A model generated the notes under the pieces. It did not search any database and was not told the DNA's origin. It was given only the letters and a program-made list of their open reading frames with translations. Shown here one piece after another: positions 36,706-49,503 of a stretch of DNA of 64,000 nt. The stretch is from the NCBI GenBank assembly GCA_048128005.1, contig JBEUKZ010000135.1, forward strand, positions 1 to 64,000, read 5' to 3'. Both the position numbers and the translations under genes were made by a program. The DNA is from Veleropilina oligotropha. Taxonomy: Eukaryota. How positions within the stretch are numbered: position 1 is the first letter of the stretch; the number at the start of each line of letters is the position of its first letter.

Positions 36706-37459
36706 GTGACCCTCCACCACAATCTGAGGCGCATGTCGCATTTTTTCAAAATTGAGATTTTAGCATATCGCAATAGCTATGAACAAACTGAGTATTCTGG
36801 TGTTTAAATTATTCTGATCTGATAAAAATTACGATAGTTATGAATTTTGTAAGGGGACAACTATTTGGTAATTAGGGTGACGTACGTAATTATGCTAATT
36901 AAGGAGAAAATTGCGTTTAAAATTGTTTAACGTTTTTTTGTATTGTGGCGTAATATCCTTGACATAAACTCCTTGACAACGTATAGTTTTTGATGTGTCA
37001 TTATGAAATTTTCCATTTACAAAAATATGATTATCAACAACAAATAGACACTATAGCTTTGCTTATCTGGCAATTGGTGGCGGTTTTATACCGCCCTCAG
37101 AGCAATGAGATATAATTAATAAAAAAGTCATTTAGTGTTTTTAGCGGAAATCAAACTAAATGCCAAAATGTCATTTGTAAATTCAAGGCTGCATGCACAA
37201 GTACAGGGGCCGTATACAAAATACCCCATGTAATAAGTGGGTGAACTGAACTCAGTAACAAGGTCCTGATATACTAGTAGTTAACAGTGCACATGCTAGA
37301 ATTATTAAGTAGGTGAACTCTTTTTAATTAAATTGTTGTAAATGGCAAATTGTGATTGATTATGTAATCATGAAAAATGTTAGATAATTTAACAATTGAA
37401 AGTGATTAGTAATCATGACAGGTATATAAACTCTGTGTTTAACAAAATGTTATTGCAAA

Positions 37460-37682
37460 ATGGCAAATGCTTTGGTCAATGTCGAGTTTATTCCTAATAA
37501 CAGAGGCGGTCGCAGTTTAGTATTTGAAGGTTTTAAGTATAGAGTGAAGAGAACGCGAGTTACTAGTATACATTGGAAATGCTGTGTTTCAACCTGTCCG
37601 GCCACTATCAACACTGCAAATGATATTCTCACGTCTCAGAGCCAAGGCCACAACCATGCCCCAGACCATGACAAGATAGTCG
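37460..37682 (+). pseudogene. FLYWCH zinc finger, N-terminal fragment of a MULE transposase
   Basis: GGRSLVFEGFKY......IHWKC....CPATI..........HNH. Confidence 0.8.
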
Positions 37683-40600
37683 ACTGTAAATTGCCTTCTT
37701 CTAAAATGTATTTATTGATAATTAATTGCCTTCTTCTAAAATGCATTTAATGGTAGATTGCCATCTTGTTATTGTAAATATTTATTTGTATTAATATATC
37801 TATCTTTATGATGTGAATTGCAATTTGGCCTTGTAAACAGCCATGCCACCAGAGGAGACTAAAATATTTGCTGATACGGCCCCCTACTTTTGCCATTGTT
37901 GTCTCAATTAACACCTATCGGTAAGATCAAAAGCTGGTGGCAAAGTGGGAAGACCCCTTTAGCATGTACCTCACCATCTACACTGCAGTGGAAATTCCTT
38001 TGTCATTGATGAATGAATGGCCGACAGGACTAATAAGCACCAATGACACTGCGATAATGAAATTACCAGGCTTATGTTAAATGAAAGTGATCCAAGCCTT
38101 AGCAATGCAATAGCAGTTAGGAAAACACCACTTAGTTCAGCGATGCACTAATTACATCAACAATGCGTCAACTAAGGCACCTGCTATATATACTAGTATG
38201 CAGTTGGTCAGGAAGTATTGAACGAAAATAAATATTAAGTATGTAGGCTTTATATGAGACAATTTATAATATTAACAGCGTTTTAGATATTTTTTAAGAA
38301 CATAGTACATATATTATGCCAATAAAGTGTCTATACATCTGTTGCGGAAGATACAAAAATTGGCTATGCAGTTTTTACAATTCAAAATTTTAATTAAATA
38401 CATGAATACACTCAGAAATCGAAGTTATTAAGATCACAACAATGTTTTAAAAGTTTTCATTAGTATTATAGCAACTACCTCAATTGTAATGTCTCGAGTA
38501 TAATATCATACGATAAATGCTGTGTGACCAGCACGATAACTAATAGATCACTTTGCGTCAATCATGGAATGTAGTAAAGTTTGTTTTATTATCATTTCAT
38601 AAAAGTCGGACTAGTGTAATTTGGAGGAGGGGTAGTAAAATGTTGAATCCAAATTGCCCTTTAAAAAAATATTGATTTTGCCTTTGGCAAAATAATATTT
38701 ACAAATAATAGTTAGTTATAATCATTTCTTAAAAGTCGGACTAGTGTAATTTGGAGTAGGATTAGTAAAATGTTAAATCCAACTTGCCCTTGGGTTAGTA
38801 ACGTTCGGAAAAAAATTGATTTTGCCTTTGGCAAAATAATATTTACCATCATACATATTACTAACATTATATATGATATTTTATATTTACATATACAATT
38901 ACATACGGTAAAATTATTAAAATTTCACATTGCAGAAGAGGTAGTAATTACAAGACACATATTGCTGCAAATTCTACTTACTGAAAAGACTATAAATTAA
39001 TTAATGCAAAAGCAAATATAATGCAGAGATCATAGAACGCCATATATAGGAAATAAAATTCAATATATACAACCGCAAATTGGCATATTTATGTTCAATA
39101 TTGAATATTGTACTCACTGTTATCACAATTTTCATATACCAAGCCACAGGTATCAATTTCAAAAGACACAAATACAATTATGAATACACACAATAAATGT
39201 AAAACCATCAAAGTAACAATATGTTGACTGGCTATTATAACAATTCCTTAAAAAATGTATTAACTAAACGCAGGTAGAATATATGTATTGTGAGATGGGT
39301 TGTACCTCAGTGGCATGGCACTGGTTCAATCATCTTTCAAATACTATTTCTAATGTCTTGGGAAAAATGCAACCTGCATCCAAAAAGATTTTTTACCAAA
39401 TTTCATAATCTTTTAAAGTTGTATTAATGTAAAAAAGATAGAATGAGTGCCAAATACACATTTAAAATGATTGTATTTTTATTTTACCGATCTGTTACTT
39501 AATTGAATATTTTATTTCATACCGAAAATCTTGCAGTTAATACTAAATGAAAGGTAGTTACCTGTGACGTGCTAATGATATTAAATTCTGTTGAAGACAC
39601 AAAGTTGCTGTGGTTAGAAATACGGATTCCTTAGCGCACTAATCTTCTCTCAGAAACACAGACATAACTGTTCTCAACTCAATGAAATAGGTATTTAGTC
39701 TTTCTCCAACACATTTGGGAATGAAGCAACGAAAGACTGATCTCTCATTTTCATCATCATGCACTGGTCAACAATATTTACAACAGCTACAAGACAAGAG
39801 TTATCAGCCATTATGTCCTCTTGTATGTGCACTGGAAGAAGCATATTGCTTTTGACAGGGTTCAATTTATAAACAACAGCATAATGATGGGTGGCAACAC
39901 TAGACTCCACTTTCAAGAAATACTGAATTTGCCCATAATTAATTTGATAATCATCAAAAAATCTAATAGTGCAACTGTCTCTAACCATGACTCTCTTCTA
40001 AACTTTACTATGATACACTCTATCATCTTTAATTAACTTATAGAATTTTGCAGTGGACAAAATAATTTCCCTTTCCACTAGTTGACTGAGCAGATGATCA
40101 GAAAGAAGGCATGCATTGACTGCTCCAACTGCATAGATCTCTCTAGAGATAATATATTTCGATTTAGTGAAATATTTGTTTGTCATGCAACAATATATAT
40201 CTGCAGCAGAGGTGCCAAGTTTCAGACAGTTTGCTAACAAAGGAATATGTTGATGGATTAATACAGCAGATGATATCTGTAAAGCAATTTTTTGTGTACC
40301 ATGGAACAATGAACCCAAGTCACCATTTAGGTCCTCATAGAAAAAACATGAATGAGCCCATAGTGGTCCTAGATCTTTAACCTTGCATGTTAAATGTAAT
40401 AATCCATGTACATTTGATCGCTCATACCGCTTACCATACAGAAAATCAATGGATGCACACAATTTTTTGTGCTGTTTTCAAATCTGCAAGTGATATTGAA
40501 TATTGCAACAAAATATAAATAGCTTGATTAATATATAGAAGATGTTGAAAGTACTCATCTGGTAAAATGCCATACAGACAAGGTACTGAATAAAACAACA

Positions 40601-43600
40601 AAAATGTTCTAAATTCAGAAGCTTTCCAGTAGCAAAGGTCTTGTAGCATTCTTGGAGCTCTTGTCACGAAGTAAGGAGGAGTCATACGGAGTAATCGATC
40701 ATTAATAATGGACATTTTATCTCCTAAAAAGAAATCTTCAGCTTTATTTGAAGAGTCAAGCCACAAATGCATCAGCATTTTCATAACGCCGAGTGCCACA
40801 CAGTGCATATAATCAATTGCAACACCTCTTATGATGTTAAATTTGGGGATTAAATACAGGACATTTAACCCTTTAACACCTTGCTGTGTTGCATTTGCCT
40901 TAACTGCTTCTTTGGCTTTATTCAGTGTATCTTCGTGTGTGCGTTCTTTACTATAACCTTTAGATTTGTAATCGTTAGAAATGTTGTAAGGATATGACAT
41001 GGTTGAACCCTTGGTGGTTTTGGCCGATTCACCCTTTTCCAAATATGTGCCACATCCATAAAATCCATTAAACTGCACAAAGTTTTGCAATGCACTTCTT
41101 GCTGATGAGTCGCACACAATGGTTAGAATAACAGCTTTGACCGTTTTACGAACTGCGTCGACGACAACATCAGTCCCTGAAATAGACATTATAAACATAA
41201 TTTATATTAACACATGGTTTATACTATTAACTTAAGGTGATCATACAATGAAGCTTTTCTGTCAATATTACGACTATAAGAAACATGACACAGAGCCTGA
41301 AAAAGTTATGACCTCAACTTCATAATCATTTTATTAAATAATATGGCCCGATTTGCAAACTCATCCTACGAGATGGTCTGTATTGTGATCCTGATATTTT
41401 TGGTTGTAGCGTTAAAATGCTTTGTCGTGCAAACTTCAAAATCATGGGACAATGTTGTGATGAATTAATTATATAGGATTGACACTTCTGGCAGAATAAT
41501 TTTCCAAAACGAATTTAACTGAGTTAATCTGTAATGTATAGTTGTGATGAAATTATATTCTTAACAGCAAAAAATGTGGTTTTCATCAAGTTGTTTATTG
41601 GCACTGGGTTGCAATCGCCTAGGCTTAGAATAGCATTTTTAAAGTTGCACCTGAGACAAAAAGAATTATTTGGTATTACATGTTTATGTATCACTATAAT
41701 CCCCAATGTTTAATTTATAATTTATTATTTAATGCGATATGTAGACCTATGTAATATAACTTGCAGTAAATCTTCAATGTTGGGTAAGTAAAAACAAAGT
41801 CGCATTTGGCACCAGGAAATGGTACTTCTATTGCATGCCATTGTATCATGTAATGAATATTAATTCAGATTAATATACAGGAATAGATAATTTCAAGTAA
41901 CGAATTGTTGTTGGTATATTGTATCACGTGAGTAAAATATCCAATTGATATGCACTTTAATTTAGGCGATATTTTAGGAAACAGATGGTATGTTAATAGC
42001 GCAAACTGGCCGAGTTCCCCCTGAGATCTACAAGTCGCCTAAACACCACACTGATGGTTCTCAAATTTGTCTTACAATTTAACGAATAAGTCTCGGAGAT
42101 AAAAAGCGTACATTTAATTGTAATAATATGTCGACACATTCATTTATAGAGTTTCAACACATGATTTTAATAAGTTATAATATGTATAAACATAGATTAC
42201 GGCAAAAACGCGATTGCGACTTTGTAGATTTTCCCCGATCTACGCAATTCCACAGGAAAACCATGTATAGACTGGTCATAATTAAACATAACTTTCCCAA
42301 TATGTTGCCTTTAGTTCAACATTTGCAAGTAAATTATTTCAAAAATGTTTTACTTTCGAAAAAACTACTTTTTGGCATCAATCTTCGCTAATTTTGGCTT
42401 AAAACGCACGCCGCAATTATCGGTCGGCCGCCGGAGTTCATTTTCAATAATCGCCCATTACTTCTACTATCCGCATTGGCAAAAACGCTAGTAATTTAAT
42501 CATGGTCATAGAATATTATTGGTCTGTTTCTGAATCAAGAAACAAATGTACTTTAATATATAAAAGTTTATTTTCAAGATAATATATGTGGAATGAACGT
42601 ATTAATTTTGTATGACAGAACAAGAGATCACAGCTTTAAGATGCAGTTCGTATATAAGATAATTATGTCATTAGTTTTACTTTTAATGGGGTGACTTCGG
42701 GAACAGTCATTTTTGACTCAGGCATCGTCCTCTTGTATTATGAAGTGTAGGCTATATATTGTTGATTTATCTCCACATTTATATTTTTAACAAATTTGTA
42801 CATTTCATGACAGGAAATATATATCTATCTATCTATCTGATCCATAAGTTTGGAAGACCACATCTGTGCAGGTGAACTTAGAATGGTTGTGAATTTGAAA
42901 TCACATTAAATTTTCTGTGAAAGATATATTATAAATAAATGTCGTGCACATCAAGGCCCTGCCACACACCCCCGAATACTCAAGTTCGTAAATCAAAAGT
43001 CACATGCAAGTTTTGATTTACGCATTAGGACATGCTCTATTCCGTACAACTTGTGCCATGAGACTTTCGTTGCCCACCAATCAGATACCAGATGAAGTAA
43101 GTTCGCAACCCATTCAACCAATAAAATTGCATGACCTGAAAAGTCGCATACGACTTGGTTTACCGTGTGGCATAGCAATGAACATACTACAAAAGTTTCA
43201 TACGACAAGACGTATACGACTTGATTTACTGTGTGTCAGGGCCTTAATTAATTTTACACAGCACGCAGGCTTTTTATTCCGACACATGGAATCGGAGAAT
43301 ACGCAGTACGCGCTGATGGTTTCGCAGTGGTATCAACGCATGTGCACGTATTGCGTATTCATCGCAAATAAAGTGAGTGTATGCCTGCCGATACGGCGCA
43401 TGGAATCGGGAAAAAGGTCAATACACGGGATCGTAGCTGTAAGCTATAAGAGTCCGTAATTCTATAACTTACGAATTCGCTTGTTCATGTACCCGTATTG
43501 TGTACTTCCATTGCGTACTCACTGGATCGGTGTTGTCTACACGTATTATGCAATCTCAGTATCGTTGTCCGTATTAAGATAGCCGAGCAATTACATGATT

Positions 43601-44116
43601 TTAGCATGTCAATATATGCACATTTACATTTCCCGGTATTTTGCAATGCGTTTAAAATACCCCGTTCTTTTAATATTTGGCGAAAAACGATGCACAGTCC
43701 TCTTATATACAATTTCCTTCCTCAATATGGTCATGGGGATCGTAGCTGTAAGCTATATGAGTCCGTACTTATATAGCCTAGGAACTCGCGTGTATCAAAG
43801 TACTGCAGTGATTGTTCCTATTATTCCATTACTGTTAAACACAGAAACACAATGTGAATCAAAAGAAGATAAAGCAGTAAAAGCTATTAGACGACAGAAG
43901 GCAGTAGACGATGACAAGCGAATATCAATGCTCGCCCCTCCAGAAATCAGAACAATGGTCATGCTCTGTGGCCAGTAGTGCCACACATGCTTACACATAC
44001 TGTATATATAAAATATAGCACAAGAAAGTCTGTTATTACATACAACATTGCCCACCTGTATGGTATAAATGACGCACCTCCTCCACAAGTGGTTTAAGAA
44101 AGATATCCATGTCTGG

Positions 44117-45311
44117 TTAAGAAGGGGGATACTAGTCTCAGGACAGATCCAAACAGTTTAGACCGACGGGGATCAGTGTATGAAGCTGAAAAATCCAGTA
44201 ATGTTCTCGCAGGTTCCGTTGTTTTTTGGAACTGGAGTGCTCGGGATGACCTGATATGTGGTCGATGATTTCGAATTGCATATCTTTGAACGTGTGTTTG
44301 GGTTTGTTGAAGTGTATTCCCGTAGGTTCGTCCTTATTGAGGCGGGCATAGCAAAGGTGTTCGCTCAGGCGGTGTTTGAATTGTCTCTTGGCTTCGGAAA
44401 GGTCAGCTGGATATGTCTCCGATAGTTCTCGTTTGAATGCGGACGCTGAGTCTTCTAGAGGATCGCTAATGTGGCGGAGGTATTCGAGTTGTAGGTTCGT
44501 GAGATCTACGGAGCATGTGGCTAGTAGGTTGGTCCATTTGGATAAGAAAGATGGGTCTTTCATGCCAAGGTTGGGGGTACACCGGACGGTGAGGCCCCTA
44601 GGTATGCCTTGTCTGGTGAGACATTCTGTGAGGAATTCGCATTGAGTTTCTATTTTAGTGAGGCGTGTAGAGGCGTTTAAACTCCACTTCTTATACAGGA
44701 TTTGGCATCCTGCCGATAAATTTGGTTTTCCTTTCTTACTGGTTAGTACCTCTGGGGAGGATGAAGTCCGAGCGCGTTTCGGATTTCTGCCCAGGAGTGT
44801 GTTGATTACTGAATTTGAAGGTGTGACTAGTGGAGTGGTGTCCACCTCCGAGGTTAGGCTCATTTCACTGTCCGTCTGCAGCGGTCTTATACTAGTTGAC
44901 ATCGTCTCCCTGGAATGCAATGAAGCAAGAGAAAGTAGTAAAGTTAAAGATTGTGGCACTGCTGGATTGCATTGAAGGGTGCACCGGCTATTTTGACCGG
45001 CTATTTTGAAACGGCTATTTTGACAAGCTATTCTGACTGGCTATTTAGACCGGATATTTCGACCGGCTATTTGGACCATGGTAATAACATACAACGGCTA
45101 TTACACCGGCTAATACCAAACGGCTATTAACCATCACCATGACCACGAGGCAATCACGTGACACCAACAAGCGAAAGTATATAAGGCTGAACAATTTAGG
45201 AACAAGCGACACCCCTCTGATGAAGACCCACATATGGGTTGAAACCGGTCAGGGAATAGTTACCATTGGTGCACCCTTCAATGCAATCCAGCAGTGCCAC
45301 AATCTTTAAAA
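44117..45311 (-). mobile_element. Penelope-like element, internally deleted, with inverted 5' pLTR
   Basis: C-terminal GIY-YIG-type end (HRLSEH..GIHFN..H..REHYWIFQLHTLIPVGLN); ATATCCATGTCTGG duplicated at 44103-44116 and 45312-45325; 42-bp inverted repeat 44944-44985 / 45268-45309. Confidence 0.85.
45213..45254 (+). ncRNA. Minimal type I hammerhead ribozyme
   Basis: CCCT-CTGATGA-A-GACCCA cata TGGGTT-GAAAC-CG-GTC-AGGG: conserved core, stems I and II, palindromic mini stem III. Confidence 0.8.
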
Positions 45312-47530
45312 ATATCCATGTCTGGCTTTGAATATCCAAACCACAATCCAACAAACAGTCTGTTGTCTCTTGTATATCTTCCAAACAAAAATATTGGAAA
45401 GGTATAAATCAATTAGAAAATAATGTTAATCAACTTGATTTCATCATTGTTTAATAGTACATTTCAAATACGTATGGTAATTGCACATACATGCATTATT
45501 GTTCTGTTTATCATTTTATATAATAATGCATATAGAGATATTTCCATATTATAACAACTTTGATTCTCTAAATCCTTTGGTGAAGCAACGGTATTAAATT
45601 TGCCAAGTAACCTAGCCAATTGTTCAAACTCGCCCCCATGAAGAAATTCAACTAGAGTTAGTTCATTATGAAGCAACAGGAAATCGCCCACAAGGATTGC
45701 CTTGGAATTTTACAACTTAACAATTCCCTACACCTATTATAAGCAATGCAATTCAATGATTATATTATATAATTAGATAGATTACTGTACCTTAATTTTG
45801 GAGGAAGTTCATTAATGGTTAAATAAATTGGCCATATACTGAACTTTGAAGAGCGGAATAGGGACACCCCATCAGTGTTCATCTGAAACGACATGTGAAT
45901 CTCCTCTTTCATGTTGTCCGAAGAACCAACGAAATAACCATCTTTGAAGATATTGGTGTATAGTTCCCCATCCACCACATCATCAATGACACCACTAGCG
46001 GGTTTCTTCATGCGAACAGGATACTTCAAATTTTCGAGAATTCCCGGTCCTATAATACTAACAGACACAAGAAATATAGAGTGAAAAAAATATAATGAAG
46101 AAAATAAAACACTGTTATCGACAAGATACATGTTGTTCGGTGGATTACCGTGTTATGAACATAATGCAATTCATTGCAATAAACTTTCTACGAGGTGTTC
46201 AATGAAGGGACAGATGGGTGTGAAAATATCAAAGGGCTTTATGCCCTTTTTAGGGTTTACATTAACTGATTCCTACAAAATGTTCATATGACATTGTATG
46301 TATTAAAGAGAAAAATAAATAAGGTTGGTTTTGACTGGATTTCTGGTTGCTTCGCCAGCCGTTTGGTCCAGAGTGTCGACACTTGGTTCACTGGCAGCAT
46401 ACACTAACACGAACAATAGTGCTTTCGAATTTTGGTTGGAGTATTGATACTATTTGTTCAGGTATAGTTCGCTACAACGGGCATTCCTCCCGCGAGAATA
46501 CGGACATGTCCTTGTTTGAATCGAAATGATTTCTTTCCTGTCGAATGAATTTAAAATATACTTACGATTCAAGATCGAAGTTAACTGGTTGATGATTGGT
46601 ATGACCAAGAAGTATGCCACGTTTTTTTCACTGCATACGCGACAAACTGTCTGCTTTTCCTCTTTGAAATAAGTCGAACAGAAATTGCAATAATAATGCA
46701 ATTGAATGGGAGATCTTAATTCTCGAAAATTTTTACGAAACGTTAAAATGCTTCTCCTGAATAGGTTTGGTGACAAGCAATGCAACTCCACCAAAATTAG
46801 AAGCTGTTTGATCCCGTCTCCAGTTAGCTTCTTTTGGACAATAAATGTTATTATCAGCAAGATGCTTGTAGCCAAACAAAGACGGGCACCGATATATAAA
46901 GGCTCATTGAGATTTGACTCTGTTGTTTCTGCAATCATAAAACAAAACAACAAATATTATCGCAAGTTTATTATTGTGAATCAAGTGTTACAGTCATAAA
47001 AAGACGCATGTAATTGGATAATCTTAGGGAAGTTTCCATACCTCCCTCTCTCATAATATTGTATGCTCCTTCCTCTCCCGCCCTCATATTATTATGGGTG
47101 AATTTAAAACCGAAAATGAAATTAAGAATCTGTTTCGAATGTGTTTTACCTTTGTGATTTGTGCCGATGGGAAATAATTATTTGTCCTCTTCTCCGTCAT
47201 CACTGATATCAATGAAATCTTCTGAAATATTTAAAAATTCTGATAAACATAGGCCTATGATAATCTATAATAATACATAGACACGTTACATCTCCCGAAT
47301 TAATACAATATTTCATTTTAATTTCTCCAGTAATAATCGTCAACTTTTAAAATACATGATTAAATTTATTGATTGTATATCAGCATAATTTCAGTTTTAG
47401 AGGGCTAAGGCCGGCTTTCAATGTAGGCGTTTTCGCTCGCATTTACAGGTGTGCTTTTATCATGATTATTATGCAATAGCATTTTCAATTAATTAATTTG
47501 GCGCTCATAAAAAGTTGATCAAGAAGCGAC

Positions 47531-47960
47531 TTTTACTTGACATTTTTACACAAAAAAATCCTTATAAATATACTATCAAGTCTTTTCAATTTGACATCAA
47601 TTTTGTAATAACTTATATTAACAGACATAACAGGTTAAACAAAAATGTTAAGTAACTAAAGCAATCACAGTAATGGTAATAAATATTTTACTTGACATTT
47701 TTACACAAAAAAAATCCTTATAAATATAATATCAAGTCTTTTCAATTTGAGATCAATTTTTTAATAACTTATATTAACAGACATAACAGGTTAAACATAA
47801 TTTTTAAGTAACTAAGGCAATCATAGTAATGGTAATAAATATTTTACTTGATATTTTTACACAAAAAAATCCTTGTAAATATAATATCAAGTCTTTTCAA
47901 TTTGAGATCAATTTTTTAATAACTTATATTAACAGACATAACAGGTTAAACATAATTTTT
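47531..47960. repeat. ~155-bp AT-rich tandem repeat, about 3 copies
   Basis: TTTTACTTGACATTTTTACACAAAAAAATCC... restarts near 47531, 47686 and 47842. Confidence 0.85.
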
Positions 47961-49503
47961 ATTTACGCTCGCGGCGCATACATAATGAGGCATAAAGGGC
48001 TGTGGCGTTTGATTATAGGAACTGTAAAACAATGATAAACCACATTGTCATTCGAATGAAGCCAAGCATTTTAAAACATTACAACAACAAGGGATTTCAG
48101 CTATAATAATAACACATTGAATTCTGTTTCATTCAAAATGACCAATTTTCATTGTTGTTTCCCCCCAAAAGAGCGATGGATTAACTTTTGGTGTCAACAA
48201 ATTAATTATTCACACATTACGATTTTCAATTTCACAGCTTGGCCAATTGTAAGCATTCATTGATACGTGTACTTTGATTACCATATTATTTTCATTAGTT
48301 CGCACCCATTAATGCAATGATGCAACAATCGCGGCAAACAAATTTTCTTGTTTGCTAAACAAATCAACATTAACAACACACAATAATAATTAAGAAAAAT
48401 ATAAAATTTCTTTCATTCTCAGCATGTCCAATTCAAAGATAATAAATAACACTGTGGTCTATTTAAGTTGTACAAGCACAAAGATCACGTATGCAGACAT
48501 ATTATGCATATACCAAACATAATCACTAGTTATATTACGCAATCAATGTATCCCAATCACTAGTAGTCTCCACCAAATCCAGTCTTGTTTGGTACAAATT
48601 GTAAATGTTAAACAAAATCGTGTCACAATGTTTGTTTAGCATTATCACCAAGAAGGGTTGTAATGCGTCGCTATGTGCGGCGATAACAAGAAATCACTCA
48701 GCCCTGTGAATTAGCCTGTAACCACGATGGCATTTTAATGCCGCCGTAAACTTGGACGCCGTCGGCACGCGTCGGCATTTTTTGTGTATGCAAAAATGCA
48801 TTCCAATATTATAAAGACAGCTGTAGTTGTACAAGAGCAAATTTGAGTCAGGAGTTCCAAACGTGTCAACTTGGATTATATTGAATAAACTACACTATGT
48901 GTACAGTCCGAGTCATCATTTCTCACTGTGTCACAATAAGTGATAATTTGTCCTGTAGTACGAAACACGATTCATTGTTTTAGATATCAAGAGTTATCTC
49001 TCCCATGTCAATCAACTATCGAAGAAAACACTCGATTATTTCCGTCGCCAAACGAATGCTAACTTCGGAACCATGCAAATACCTGACAAGAATTGTCGGA
49101 GATTGGCTCTGGTTCCGAAGTACGCATACGACGGGCGACGGAAATAATCAAATATTATTCTAGAATGTTTGCCACGAGACTTTCTGTTTCGCTTCAGCGT
49201 TGGGACTTTTAATTCAGAAAATTATGTGGTAATGTATATTATTTTTAGCCTAATTGTGGGTGATTTACATTTTAAAGTATTATTAGAGATGGCAAAGCAG
49301 GAATTATTGAAATATAAATTCCATGTCGTATTGCTTGAGACAGCAAAAACGAGGCCATCGCAAATCTCCACGGCGACGGCGAATACGACGGCTTCATCGA
49401 GGCGCGGCGCGTGCGGCGCACTCACGCGAGGGCACGGCGCATTCACGCGAGGGTGTGGCGCAGCGCCGCGCCAGAACGCGCTAGGAACATCACTGCTAGT
49501 CTA

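Larger units (their letters stand above)
39695..46930 (-). mobile_element. CACTA/EnSpm (CMC) transposase pseudogene, spliced and interrupted by insertions
   Basis: NTDGVSLFRSSKFSIWPIYLTINELPP; CDSSAR...FNGFYGC; IDYMHCVALG; WKASEFRTFLLFYS; NVHGLLHL..LGPLWAHSCFFYED. Exons at about 46566-46928, 45791-46049 and 39695-41177 with AG/GT borders. Confidence 0.85.

Noticed and set aside
49411..49503. Arg-rich N-terminus of Gypsy RT
   Set aside because: A short GC-rich repeat joined to a truncated pol; no RT motifs before about 49504.
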